A stretch of 63,579 nucleotides of DNA, counting the filler, from Thraustochytrium aureum (Eukaryota): NCBI GenBank assembly GCA_012862495.1. It is 6 parts of 5 records of this genome, joined end to end, with 100 filler letters (N's around TTAATTAATTAA, not from the genome) between each part and the next. Parts side by side here need not be neighbours in the genome. Positions count along the whole stretch, not along the records: positions 1 to 28,254 come from BLSG01000162.1; 5 more parts are not named here. The stretch is one strand, 5' to 3'. The translations under genes were made by a program, and so were the position numbers. The notes beneath the pieces are model-generated. The model was not told the origin of the DNA. It made no database searches and was given only the letters and a program-made list of their open reading frames with translations. Positions 11,662-24,966 of this stretch are shown here, piece by piece. Numbering within the stretch: the first letter of the stretch is position 1; each line of letters opens with the position of its first letter.

Positions 11662-13853
11662 CCTTTGAAGCCCTCAGCTTGCGCGTGGCGGAGGACGAGC
11701 TGGGCAAGCAGGACGGCCCCGCGCAGTTTCAGGCGCTCGGGCTGGCGGTCAAGAGAGCGCTGGAGTCGTACTCAACCTTGGTTGCAAGCAAGGCGAAGCG
11801 CAGACGCGTCTCGACGGGCAAGAAGGCCAGAGGCTTCGTCAAGGGGACAGGGTACGGCGGCGACAACGGGTCGTCCAAGTCGCTTGAAAAGGGCACAGCG
11901 GCCGCCAGGTCCAAGGAGCGATTCTCTGACGCGATGGTGAGCGCCGCCGTCAAGGGCGTAACCGAAAAGCTGCGTGAGATCCTCGACAAGCCGCTCGAAT
12001 CGTGGGCCGTGGGGCTCGGGGGCCTTTTCCAAATGAAGCTGGACGACATTGAATCCGCGATCGTAGCTTCGACCGCAACGAAGCGCACGCGAAAACGCGT
12101 GGCCTCTGCCTCTGCGAAGAAGGCCAAGGGACGCTCCACCAGCTTGGTTGGCCTGCTGCGAGCGTTCTGGCGGAATGACAGTGTGATGGACATCGGCGAG
12201 CGCCTTGACCTTTACACGCCCCTCCTCGAGCTTGTCGAGCTCATCGCAAGGCGCGCTCCGGTACACTCTGGTTTGCCCGGCATCACTGTGCAAGAGGAGG
12301 AGACGGGGGACGAGGAAACAGACGAGCCATCCGTGGCGACTGCGGAGGTCCCAGCGGACCGCCCCACTTCTTCCCGAGCGCGGGCGTCGCTTGCGAACGA
12401 TGGAAAGCAAGCCGCCGCGGAGGCCAAGAGCGCGGACGAGGTCGACTCGGAGGTGACGATCGTGTGCGAGACGCGCACGAGCCTCCTTGACAAAGCGGAC
12501 AAGTTTCACATGTTTTCGCTATTGTTCCGCCTGAACGAACAGGGCCGCTTGCTAGTCGCGCAGCTGGATGGCTCGCTCGGGGCCGACGGCGAGTCGGGTT
12601 CGGTGCGCGAATTCCTTGCGCGGCTGGATCAGTGCCTGAGCGATCTGTCGGGGGTGCTCCGCAGCAGCGTGTACTATCGTGCTGATGCGGAGGACGCTGG
12701 CCCAGTAAAGAAGAGGCAGCGCCGCGACCTTTTGCGGCTGAGCCTCGGCGAAGGCATCGATGACGCCAAGCTCTCGCATGCCTACGTCGAGGCTCTAAAG
12801 GGGCTGCAGCTGCGCTCTGTTTCGCTCCTGGACATCATGACCATGTCCAACAAGCAGAAAGTCCAGTATGCGTTTGCTGGCGAGCTCACGTCTGTCGCTC
12901 AGAACAAGGCGCGCATCGTGCGTATTGGCAAGGAGATGAGCACAATGGCGACGAGCCTGCCGCTGAGCTGGGGTAGCGGAATCTTTCTCCGGTCAGACGA
13001 GTCGCGCCCCGAGGTGATGTCCTGCTTGATCCTCGGACCGGACGGCACCCCGTACCAGAACGGCGCCTTTGTGTTTGATATTCTCCTGCCCAGCAACTAC
13101 CCGCAAGCACCCCCGCGGGTCTTGCTCAAGACGACTGGCCATGGCAGCGTCCGCTTCAACCCCAACCTGTACAACTGTGGCAAGGTCTGCCTCTCGCTGC
13201 TGGGGACCTGGTCAGGCCCGGGCTGGGATCCGAAGAACTCGACGCTGCTCCAGGTTCTCGTGTCCATCCAGTCACTGATCTTTGTTGCCGAGCCCTATTT
13301 TAACGAGCCCGGCTATGAGAGCACGCTCGGGACGGTCAAGGGCATGGAGGCCTCCGCGAGCTACAACGCTGTGCTTCGCCGGGGCACGATGCAATTTGCG
13401 ATCTTGGATCAGATCAAAAACCCACCGTACCTGTTTCGGGACGTGCTCAAGCTCCATTTCAGCCTCAAGGACAAGGAGATCCGCAAGCAGTGCGCGCAGT
13501 GGGCGAGCGAAGCCAAGCCCCAGCAGCAAGCCAAGTCGTTTTTCCCGGGGTTTGGTTTTGGCGGGCCCAACGCGGTGAGTGAGAACGACGCCTGGACTCG
13601 CTTGCAAAGCAAGTGGGGGAGGCTCTCAGCGCGTTGNNNNNNNNNNNNNNNNNNNNNNNNNNNNNNNNNNNNNNNNNNNNAGCAAGGCATCGCAGAATGC
13701 GTTGCGCTCGACGACCAGGAAGACGAGGTGGCGATCTTGTCCCAAAGCTCGCAAAGTAGACCCGCTGCCCCGATCGGCTCGGCGGAGGCTCGTCCGGTGT
13801 CGACGGCTTCTTCCTCGTCTAGTTCGGGCGGCGGCGTTGTGGATCTGACGTGA
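11662..13853 (+). CDS. BIRC6/Apollon-type ubiquitin-conjugating enzyme (E2) domain protein, 5' end in gap
   Basis: KGTGYGG motif; GPDGTPYQNGAFVFDILLPSNYPQAPP...TTGHGSVRFNPNLYNCGKVCLSLLGTW (catalytic Cys in GKVCLSLL); STLLQVLVSIQSLI..EPYFNEPGYE. Confidence 0.9.
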
Positions 13854-14692
13854 CGTTTGATGTTGCGCGCCACCCAAGCGGCTCAATTTATCTTCCATCT
13901 TATTGTGCTTGCGCAGGCCTGTCTGTCGTGAGAGTATGGCTGCTGTTGGCGTCGCCAGGATCTCCGTCCTTGGCAAGCATGTTGATTGCCCGCGCGAGCG
14001 CGCGTACCCCAGCGCTGGAGAAACTCGCTACATGTGCTGGGTGCTGGGGACATGGATCGGAGGGTCGCGGCGAAATCGGCCGGCACCCAGTTGGCTCGCG
14101 AGACACCGGCTCGCCCGCGCTGCGCGACCTGTTGCGAGGAAAGAAATTAGCACCAACGCGGGTCCCGAAGCTGCCAAAAGCATGACCAACAGCGCGACGA
14201 CCAGCAGGACGGTTCATGTCTACTGTGCGGAACGGTGTTCCAAACTTTTCCAGAGTCAAAGAGGAGTCTCAGTTTCGTCGGGACGGCAACTGTGGGGACA
14301 TGCTTGAGGTATTATGGCGGCATGGCACATGACGCCGGGAGCCCTGCCGCTGGGGCAGCTGGCCCCGCCGGCGGGGCGCTTGAGCGGAGCTCGTGCATCC
14401 ACCGGACCGGCAAGTAGGTGATTCGTGGCGAAAACCCGGCCAGCCGCGCAAGTGCGCCTCTTTCGCGACGACGAGTTTCTTCGCAGCGAGTGCCTGGCAA
14501 GCGCAGCGACGAGCGAAGAACGATGGCCAACAAAGACCGGCGTTTGGCGCCATGCAAGAACGCAGCCGATGCAAGCTTGACAAGATCGTTCGCCAGGCCG
14601 GCCTCTTCTTGGCCGCGGCCTGCGCCAAACTACTCGAGAGATCTTATGGGAGAGGAGCGCAGGAACCGCTCATCAGCTGCTCCGCAGATTCA

Positions 14693-15955
14693 CTATGCAC
14701 CGGTTGGCGCCTGGGAGCGCCGGAAGGAGACCGTGACAGAGTTGCCGCTATAAAAGTCAGAGTCATAGCGCTGCATCTGGAATCTCGAGATGTCGTCCAA
14801 GTCGACACGCGTCCAGCAGTCCTTGACATAGGGGGGAGGCGGCGTTTCGAGCGCCTTGGTGGTAGCCGCTGAGCCGACGGCCGAGCTCGCAGCTCCTGGC
14901 ACCGACGTGGTCTCAGTGGAGCCCTCAGCGAACTCGGGGTTGCCCCAGGTGAGCCAGTTGTGACCACAAGCGCCAAAGTCCGCCTCCCCGACCAAGACGT
15001 ACTCCTGGCACGACTCACAGGCGCGAAGCGCTGCCGACCAGTCTGTGTCCATCGGCATCCAGGCGCACAGCACAATGACGGGTCTGTACTTTGTGAGCGC
15101 AGCGGCAAAGTCGAGCGGCTCTACCGCGTAGGCCCCGTCGCGAGCTGCAATTCCAAAGCGCTGGCGCGGCGCCGGCCTCATATCGGGGTCTGTGCAAACA
15201 ACTCGATGCGGGCTGCCGGCCGCCTCGAGCTCGCGATTTAGAAAGTGCGAGAGCGCGCCGCTGCCAGCGCCGACCTCGACGAGGGCGCCACGGCGCGGCT
15301 CCCCACCGATAGCGTCGAGGCGCGCCTCGAGGTACCGCGCCAGCGCGCCGACAAACTCTTTTGTGAGAAACTCGTAGCGCCCAGTGTCTTCGCAGCACAG
15401 GTTGAACGCGTTGCGGCCCCACACCGCGCAGCCGAGGGCCTCGAGTTTGTCCTCGAGCGTCCACGCTGCAACATTTGCCCCTTCCATGAGCTGGCGCTTC
15501 CTCACGAGGTGGTCTTCGGGGCCGGCGCGCCTCCACTCTGAAGGCGCCGGCCGCTGCAGTCCAAAGAGCGCGATCAGTTCGGCGCGGCTCGGCAAAAAGT
15601 CGCGCGCGGAGACCAGCTGCACTTTGGACTGATACTCCGTCGCGAGGCCAAACCTCTTGCGCAAGAACAGACTCCGCAGCCCTTCCAACAGCGGCGCGTT
15701 CTTCTCCCACCTCGCAACATCCTCCACCGCCGCCCGCGGAAACAGCATCTCGCTCAGCACGATCTCCAGCTCCACGAGCCTCAGCGGCGCAAAGGCATCC
15801 AGCAGCTGCACGAGATCTTCGTCGTGCTCAGCAGCGTCTTGCGCCGAGCCAACCATCTCGCCGCCAGCGTCGCCCGCGTCGCCCGCGCCGCTCGCGCCGC
15901 TCGCGCCGCGCGGCCCTTTGCGCTTCTTCTTGCCTTTCGCGCCGCGCTTCGCCAT
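14693..15955 (-). CDS. Putative class I SAM-dependent methyltransferase-fold protein
   Basis: LVEVGAGSGALS glycine-rich motif I, VVCTD, IVLCAWMP and YVLVGE; basic NLS-like N-terminus MAKRGAKGKKKRK (ATG at 15955). Confidence 0.7.
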   Translation of the reverse strand: MAKRGAKGKKKRKGPRGASGASGAGDAGDAGGEMVGSAQDAAEHDEDLVQLLDAFAPLRLVELEIVLSEMLFPRAAVEDVARWEKNAPLLEGLRSLFLRKRFGLATEYQSKVQLVSARDFLPSRAELIALFGLQRPAPSEWRRAGPEDHLVRKRQLMEGANVAAWTLEDKLEALGCAVWGRNAFNLCCEDTGRYEFLTKEFVGALARYLEARLDAIGGEPRRGALVEVGAGSGALSHFLNRELEAAGSPHRVVCTDPDMRPAPRQRFGIAARDGAYAVEPLDFAAALTKYRPVIVLCAWMPMDTDWSAALRACESCQEYVLVGEADFGACGHNWLTWGNPEFAEGSTETTSVPGAASSAVGSAATTKALETPPPPYVKDCWTRVDLDDISRFQMQRYDSDFYSGNSVTVSFRRSQAPTGA

Positions 15956-16167
15956 CGCCGCTCTGCGCGCAGCACCGCGCGCACCAGATCGATCGGGGTC
16001 TGCCGTCCATCCATCCGTCCATCCATCCGTCCATCGCGCCATCTTGAGCCCAAAATGGCCGCCATTCCTTGCGGCCAAAACGCCGATCGATCTCTCCGGC
16101 CAGCCAGGCTCGCGCGCGAGGGACGGCGCTAGGGCGCGGCTGACCTACGTGGCGCTCTTCTGGCGTG

Positions 16168-17613
16168 ATGGCGGGCGAAAGCNNNNNNNNNNNNNNNNNN
16201 NNNNNNNNNNNNNNNNNNNNNNNNNNNNNNNNNNNNNNNNNNNNNNNNNNNNNNNNNNNNNNNNNNNNNNNNNNNNNNNNNNNNNNNNNNNNNNNNNNNN
16301 NNNNNNNNNNNNNNNNNNNNNNNNNNNNNGGGGGATGCTGGCCATGATGATGGCAGAGATGGCCGTGATGAGGACCGAGATGGCGCGCGGGACGTCGACC
16401 CAGAGCTGGTCAAGGCCGTGGCCGAGGACGACAAGAGGAGGCGCGCGGAGCGGTTCGTGGAGCGCCGCAGGGAGAAGCAGATGCGGGACCGGGCGCTGGA
16501 GGTGGCCGGGGACGAGCGGAAGGAGGTGGACGCCGCGGTGGTGCACCTCAAGTATAGGGACCGCGCGGAGGAACGTCGGGTGAACGGCCTGGCTGCTGGG
16601 TCGGCGGCAGCGGCGGAGTATGCCGAGGTGGCCCGCGCGGCCGCGAGTTCATCTAAGGGCCTCGATCTCGCCGCGCTGGCGAAACGGCGGGCAGAGCTGG
16701 CTGCAGCTGGTCATGTTGTTTCGGGTGCTCATGGTGGCGCAGCGGCCTCGCGCATGCTCGCTGCGATACGGAAGCGGGACCTCGCGCTGAAGGGCTGCGA
16801 GGCCGGTGGAAAGGGGGTTGGCTCGAAGGATCGGTTCGCGCCGGGGCGCATCATGCTTGTCTTCGACAACGAGCACGCGCTTCCGAAGGTGGTTCACAGG
16901 CCGCAGCCAAATGTGGCGGTTGTTCAGATAACCCTGCACACCCTTCCTTGCTTTGGGAGGATAGCGAAGGCGCTGCAGCCTAGAAAAGGCGTACCGGCAG
17001 ATGTGGCAGGTGCTAGTCGTCAAGCGCCAGCGGCTGATGCAGCGGGAAGCGATGACGACATATTTGATGATGTAGAAGGCGACTACGAGCTGGACGTTGA
17101 GCGCCTGTTGGAGAAGAAGCGCCAAGCCCAGGCGGCCGCTGCGCGCGGCCATATTCCCGTTGGGGCGATCTCGGAACAGCCGAGATCTCGTTCTCCGCAA
17201 AGTGAGCCGAATGTAGACGGGCGGAGGCTTGCTGAATCAATCGACGTCGACGTCGGTCCGCAAGGCCCGCCCAGCGGGTTCTCGACAAGCTATCCCGAAG
17301 CAGAGGAAATCGGCGTGCAAGAAGACTCTGGAGTAGGCCCACACGGCCCGCCCAGCGGGTTTTCAACTAGCTATCCTGAAGCAGAGGACGTCGGCCCGCA
17401 AGGCCCGCCCAGCGGGTTCTCAACAAGCTATCCCGAAGCAGACGAACTCGGCGCGCAAGAAGACTATAGAGTGGCCCGCAGGGCCCGCCCAGCGGGTTTT
17501 CAACGAGTTACCCTGAAGCAGACGAGCTTGGCGCGCAAGAAGACTCCGGAGTAGGCCCGCAAGGCCCGCCCGGCGGGTTCTCAACAAGCTATCCCGAAGC
17601 AGACGCGCTGTGA
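16168..17613 (+). CDS. RED/IK-like spliceosomal protein (RED_N domain) with C-terminal peptide repeats
   Basis: KYRDRAEERR, KGLDLAALAKRRAEL, RFAPGRIMLVFD and DDDIFDDVEGDY match RED-family hallmarks. The start (ATG 16168) lies before a gap and is tentative. One indel near 17473; corrected stop TGA 17611-17613. Confidence 0.7.
17248..17605 (+). repeat. Five coding repeats of VGP(Q/H)GPP(S/G)GFSTSYPEA with variable spacers
   Basis: Core ggcccgcc(c/g)..cgggtt(c/t)tc.ac.ag.ta.cc.gaagcaga recurs five times with mainly third-position differences. Confidence 0.9.
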
Positions 17614-17706
17614 AAGGGTAGCTCCGACCTGTACGTCGAGGAGCGCACACGTCGTAAAGTGTAATTGTTGTGCTATTAGATGGCCTGACTCTCCGGTGTG
17701 CAAGGT

Positions 17707-19071
<1,365 letters not shown>

Positions 19072-19167
19072 TGACGCGCGACCTCGCAGGCCGACGTTTG
19101 GATGACGCAGTGAGCCTCGCAGACTTCGAACGTGGCTGGAGTCCGGGTTTGCGAGGCGGCGGCGGAG

Positions 19168-19948
19168 ATGGCAGAGGTCGCGCTGGTGACTGGCGGGTCG
19201 CGCGGTATCGGCAGGGCCGTGGTTGTGCAGCTGGCGAAAGGACGGCTATTGCGTGCTTGTGCACTATGGCCGCGACGAGACCGCCGCCGACGAGACGCTC
19301 GCATTGGCGCGGGCTGCCTCGGCGGCGGCTGGGCACGCAGGCGCCGAGCATGCCAAGCTGCGAGCTGCGCTGGAGGACGAGGAGGAGGTCTGCAGCCTCG
19401 TCGAGCAAGCCTTCGCGGTCCGCGGCAAAGTCGACGTGCTGGTGAACAACGCCGGCGTATACGAGCTGTTGGACGTCGCCTCCGCCTCGTTCGAGCAGTG
19501 GAAAGCGACTTGGGAGAGGACCGTCAACGTTAACTTGCGAGCGCCGGCACACCTGTCCTTCTTGGTCGGCCAGCGCATGGCCCGGTCGGGCCACGGCGGC
19601 CGCATCGTCAACGTGAGCTCGCGCGGCGCCTTCCGGGGCGAGCCGAGCGCAGTGGCCTACGGCGCGAGCAAGGCCGGGATGAACGCGATGGGGCAGTCGC
19701 TGGCCCAGGCGCTGGCACCGCACGGCGTTTTCGTCCACACCGTCGCCCCCGGGTTTGTGGAAACGGACATGGCGCGGCCCACCCTGGAAGGACCGCATGG
19801 AGACGAGATCCGGTCGCAGTCGCCCTGCAACCGCGTGGCTCGGCCGGAGGAGGTTGCGCACACGATTTCCTTCTTGTGCCGGCGCGAGTCGGCATTTCTG
19901 ACCGGCGGAATCGTCGACCTGAACGGGGCGTCGTACCTGCGGTCTTGA
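19168..19948 (+). CDS. Short-chain dehydrogenase/reductase (FabG-like SDR)
   Basis: MAEVALVTGGSRGIG (TGxxxGIG), VLVNNAG, IVNVSS, YGASK (YxxxK), VAPGFVETDM; one indel near 19240. Confidence 0.92.
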
Positions 19949-20296
19949 GGCCGCGCGGAGGCCAGGGGCATGTCCTGCTGCGGAGACGGACGAGCCCAAG
20001 CCGCTTGCTCACTGACTCGCTGTACATGGTTCCAAGAAAGTAAACGGTAAAGGTGGTCTCAGAATTTGGCTTGGCTGTCTGTATTTTGGAAAGACTCTGT
20101 ACGCCCGGCGGCGCAGCAGAGAGCGAGCAAGCTTGTTGCCGTGCGAGCCTGCCCTTCTCCAGCTTGAGCTCGAGACTGGCTTTAACAGGCGGCTCGCGGC
20201 TGCCCGCCCAGTCAACATTTGTGCAGGGGGAGGTTGTTCATTGGCAAAGTGCAAAACCCGAACGATCTTGCTGCAAGGTGGAGGTGTGACCCCAGC

Positions 20297-23200
20297 TCAC
20301 TTGGAAACCTTGGGCACAGGAGCAGAGGGCGCTCCTGGGACATTTTGAACAATCCAGGCGCGCGTCTCGTTGGAGAGCACCGCGCCGTCCTCGTCAAACG
20401 TTCCCTTGCGCTTGTCAAAGCCAGCGCTGTCGCCAGCGGCGGCGGCGAGGACCTGCTTGATCTGGCTCGCGAATGGGGTAAACTGAGGGTGCTGGTCCAC
20501 GAGGAGGCGGTACAGGCGGTAGTGCACGGTGCGCGCCTCGAGCGCGTCCATGGTGCAGGGCAAATACGACAGCAGCTTGGGGATGCCTGCGTACTGCTGG
20601 CGGAAGAAGATGCACTTGAAGAGCGCCGAGATGGCATTGTCCGTGGCGGAGGCGTTGCTCGGCTTGCGCGAGCCTGGCGCCTCGACACAGGCCATGAGCA
20701 CGCTGATGGTCTTCTCAAGGAACGGCGTAAAGTGCTCCCCGCCGTGCTCAGCGGCCACGCCGAGGCCAAAAACCGCGGCCTGGCGCAGCACGTAGTTCTT
20801 TGCCGTGGCGTTCTGCAGCATGTAGGGACAGGCCAAGGTGACGAGCACCGCAGCCTCAGGGCCGCCAAACTCAATGGCGTCGTCCATGAAGAAGAGGCCC
20901 ACGGCCTTGAGTGGCGCCGTGACGCCCCCCTTGGTGATCTCTGCGTCGAGGAGCTCCTTGGCGAGCGGCACCACAGAGGTGCCAAATGCCGGCAGCGCAG
21001 CGTGGCCGTGCGTTTTGACGATGAGGCCAACGGCCTCGCTGAGCGAGTCCATCACGTCGTGGTTGTGCGCATTGGTCCACCAAGGGTTGCCGCGCTTCCG
21101 GGCGCAGGCCTTGCCCATAATGATGACGAGCGAGTTGATCGCCGCCGCCACGCCATCGTCCTTGAGGCAAAAGATGGGCGGGAACGCCTCACGCGAGTAC
21201 GTTGGGGAGCAGATCTTGTCCACGTCCGAGTCGCTCATGCCGCCGCTCTCAAAGGCGGCGCGAAGCACGGCGGTGACCTGCGCAGACATGGTTGTCAGAA
21301 GGAGTGCGTTCTGCTCTTCATCCTCGTCAAACTCCTTGCCCATCGTCATGGCGGCCTCCATTTCCTCGTCCTCCTCTTCGCAGTCCTCAAAGGCGGTGGC
21401 GATGCCCTCGAGGATGGCATTGAGCGCGCTCTCGAAGAGCTGCTGGGCAAAGCTGACCTGCTCGTTGGTGAGCTGGCCCGCAGATCTCTGTTTCCGAAGA
21501 AAGTTCGCGGTGGCCTCGACCAGCTTGGCGAGCGAGAAGGACGAGCAGAGCTGAAGGTCCGGCGTGGTCACTACAACGTCGCTATTGCGGATCTCCTTGA
21601 GCATGAGCTCGGCCAGAAGGCCGGCGAAGGGCATGAGGCACTCGCCGATGCTGCTGATCATTTCTTGGATGATGCGGATCGCGCTTTCCTTCTCCTTCAT
21701 TGCAAAGGTGTTGATGCACACGATCCCTTGGTCAGTGAACACGTACTGCTTTGCGTTTTCTTCGTCCTCCTCGTCCTGCTCCTCGTCCTCGTTGCCCTCG
21801 GCCTGGGACTCGGAGTAGCGCTCGAGCTCCTCCTCGTCAGGCACGTAGGCGGCCTCGGTCTCCGCCCACTTGATGAAGCGCGGGACGAGCTTTTCCAGCA
21901 CGGGCTGCTCGACGACCTCCATGCAGATGCAAATGTTGGCGGCGAGCTCGGCCACCTGCCGGTTGCGGTCCGTGTCCCCGCGGTCCCAGAGGTGGTCCAT
22001 GTATTCAACAATCATCTGCATCAGGCGCGAAGCGTCCTGCTTGAAGCGCTCCTTGCCGACCGCGTCCCCATGAAGCCGATGGCCTCGAGCGCGTTGCCCC
22101 GCAGCTGAGCCTGCTTCTCGGTCCACTTGCTGGCCTGCTTCTTGGCGACCCCCGCCACCGCGCCGACCTGCGCCCCGGTCGCGACGGCCTGCTCCTGGAC
22201 CTGGTAGACCTTTTGCGCGAGCGGCATGAAGGCGTCGTAAAATTCGCCGAACGACTCGCCCAGCGCTTTGGCGAGCGAGCCGACTGCGTTCAGCACGTTG
22301 CCCTGGACGTCAGAGACATCGACGCCGCCCGAGGCGAAGGGGTTGCCGCCCGACACTTGGTGCTGCTGTTGCTGAATGGCCCCACTGAGCTCAATCAAGC
22401 GGTGCAGCTTGCCGAAGATCTCGTGGATGCGCGACGCCAGCACCTCGGCCCCCTTGCCCTCGTCAAAGGGGAAGGCAAAGTGAGCCACTGCGAGGGCGGC
22501 CTTGGAGCAGAGCGCCCAGGCCCCTGGCGCGCTCGACGTCGGCTCGGACAGGACCGAGCTGAGCGCGGCGAGCAGGTCCTCGGCAAAGAGGGTCTGCAAG
22601 TTGGGCTTTTCCTCTTCGTCGTCCGCGGTGGGCTCGCCCTCCATGTCGTCGTCAGCAAACATGCTCGCCACGTCGCCAAAGACCAAAAACAACGCAGACA
22701 GGGTGTCGAGGCCCACGAGGCGAACCTTGAGGTGCGAGTTCTCGTTGACCACGAAAGGCAGCATGCGCTGGAGGATGTGGCGCAACTGGTCGTACATGAG
22801 CTTGCCACCGCTGTAGGATGCGCGCGTGAGCGAGAGGAGCGCGGCGCGCTGGCGGCGCCAGTCGCCGCTGTTCAGGAGGAGCTCGTCGACCATGGGGAAA
22901 AGGAGCGGGAGCGTGCGCTGCTCGCCAAGGCACTCGCGAACACGGTAGAGCGCGCGCGCCCCGGCATCGAGGAGGTCCTCCTCCTCGGCGGCACCTTCGA
23001 CCTGCTCGTTCTCGATCTCGTCCGGGTCGTCGGTGGACTCTAGCATAAACATGATGCAGGCCTCGAGCATGGACCGGATGAGTTCGGCGTCCTCCTTGAC
23101 TGCGAGCGGCAGCTCGACAACCAGCGAGACGCACACCTCGAGGCACTGCTTGCGCGCGTCCTCCGAAAAGTGCTTGCCGCCATCGTTCTTGGCGATGCGG

Positions 23201-24023
23201 AGCATGGTGGCCACCAGATCGCGCGCCGTGCCGCTCATTGCCAAGAGCTTGGGCTGCATCGAGATGACTTCGATGACGTGTTCGCACCACTTGAGCAGCA
23301 ACTCGTCATCGGCGGCCACGTGCTCGAGCACGGCCAGAAGAGGCTTGATGGTCCCCTAAGGTCGTCCAGCTCGTCTTCGTCTGCGAGGGAGATGAGGCCC
23401 GACATGGTGGACATCGCGGAGATGNNNNNNNNNNNNNNNNNNNNNNNNNNNNNNNNNNNNNNNNNNNNNNNNNNNNNNNNNNNNNNNNNNNNNNNNNNNN
23501 NNNNNNNNNNNNNNNNNNNNNNNNNNNNNNNNNNNNNNNNGATTTTGCGGGGCGCGACGCGGACGATTTCGCCGAGGGTGCCGACCGCGACCTGGGAGAG
23601 GACGCCGTTGTCGTCGGAAGAGAGAGCCATCTTGGCGAGTTCGCCCAAGAGATCGGGCCACTCGTCGTCGCCTTCGTTGAAGGAGAGCACGCAGACTTCG
23701 GCGATGATGTTGCCCACGTGGCGCTTGAGGGCAAGCGTCTGTGCCGACCTGACGCGTCCCAGCAGCACGCCGCGAAGGTCGTTCCTCTCCTGCGCGCTAA
23801 GCAGCTCCCACCAGCGGTGTCCCGTATCGCGTTTGCTAACTTGTCCGCGAAACAGCACGGCTCCAAACTGGCACAGCCCGGCGTCCTGGTTGATCAAGAT
23901 CACCTGCATGAGCTCATTCATCACCGTGCGCACGTCGCTTTTCAGCGCGCTTTGGAACTGCTTTTCCGCTTGCCCTCTCGTCACATTGTCGGGCGACTGC
24001 AGCGCCCTGAGCAGGCCCTCCAT
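20297..24023 (-). CDS. Importin-beta family HEAT-repeat protein (importin-5/Kap121-like)
   Basis: IBN_N-like start (LLRALQSPDNVTRGQAEKQF), EWPDLL, DWRRQRAALLSL, LRGNALEAIGFM..AVGKERF, INT...EKESA, LRQAAVFGLGV, ATDNAISALFK. Indels near 23355 and 22068 and a gap at 23425-23540. Confidence 0.85.
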
Positions 24024-24239
24024 CCTGCCACACCGACCAGGTGCCGCAACAGCCAAGCCGCCGCTGCCTCGCTGGCTAGCTAGCCTACTGTCCTGCCTGC
24101 CGTCCTGCCTGCCGTGCCTGCCGTGCCTGCCGTCCCGCCTGCCGTGCCTCAGTGCTCGCTCGGGGCCTGCCGCGCTCGGGGTCTGCCGCGCGCCAGCGAG
24201 GCGTGAAATGCGAGAATCCATCCAATTGCCGCGGCTACA

Positions 24240-24780
24240 CGCAGACAACGGCAACATCCGTTGTTGGCGGATATATCCGTTGCCGCCGGCTGTCAATCCA
24301 CCAGTCATTTTTTGCTCAAGAGCTCTGCTGTGCCCTGGAGGACTGGGACCGTGACGGAGGAGGGGGTAGCGTGACTGGGAAAGACCGTGAGATTCGGCGC
24401 GCGCTCGTCAGGCCCCGCCGCGCAGGGTCACGTGGAAGAGGTCGTTCCAATAGTGACGAAAGGGGGGTCGACGTGATGACAGAATGCTGTGTTGTACTGG
24501 CAGATTCACGTCAGATGACGCCTGGCCGAGATGGTACAGTTTAACGACGGATCTAAGCGTTGCTTACGGAAACAAGCATGCACCGCGTCACTTGTACCAT
24601 TAACAACGGATATATCGCGGTCCACGTCTCCGCCGCTGGGACGCGTCCCACCGGTCAACATGGCGCTACCAAACTATATCCGTTTTGAACGGAGTGATCC
24701 GGGAACAACGGGTTCTCTGTACCGTTGTTAATGGATAGTTCCCTGTACAACGCTATCCGTAACGCACACAACGGCAAGCG
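24240..24780. promoter_or_regulatory. Cluster of AACGG(ATA) Myb/MSA-like motifs in a divergent promoter
   Basis: CAACGG or CCGTTG at 24246, 24258, 24277, 24604, 24706, 24722 and 24769, plus CCGTTT at 24680 and GAACGG at 24687; perfect palindrome CGGATATATCCG at 24268-24279. Confidence 0.45.
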
Positions 24781-24966
24781 CGGCCGAGAAGAAGAACAAG
24801 AGACAGCAGCAGAGACAGCAGCAGACACGCAACGCGCGCACGGAGCGAGAGGCGGCAAGAGCGCGCCATAGGAGAGCAGCAACGCACAGGTGCGGTGTCC
24901 AGCGACGCGACCAGCTCGGCCCCTGTGTGCGAGTCAGGCGTTGGCCTCGAGGCGGCGGCAAAGGCG

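Noticed and set aside
17248..17605. CRISPR-like repeat-spacer array
   Set aside because: The units are coding repeats with third-position variation, the spacers are related to each other, there are no cas genes, and the context is eukaryotic.
20219..22108. Long antisense ORFs (629 aa here; also 1458-2645, 53619-55139, 39703-40650)
   Set aside because: They are shadows of real genes on the opposite strand caused by high GC codon bias, with no motifs of their own.
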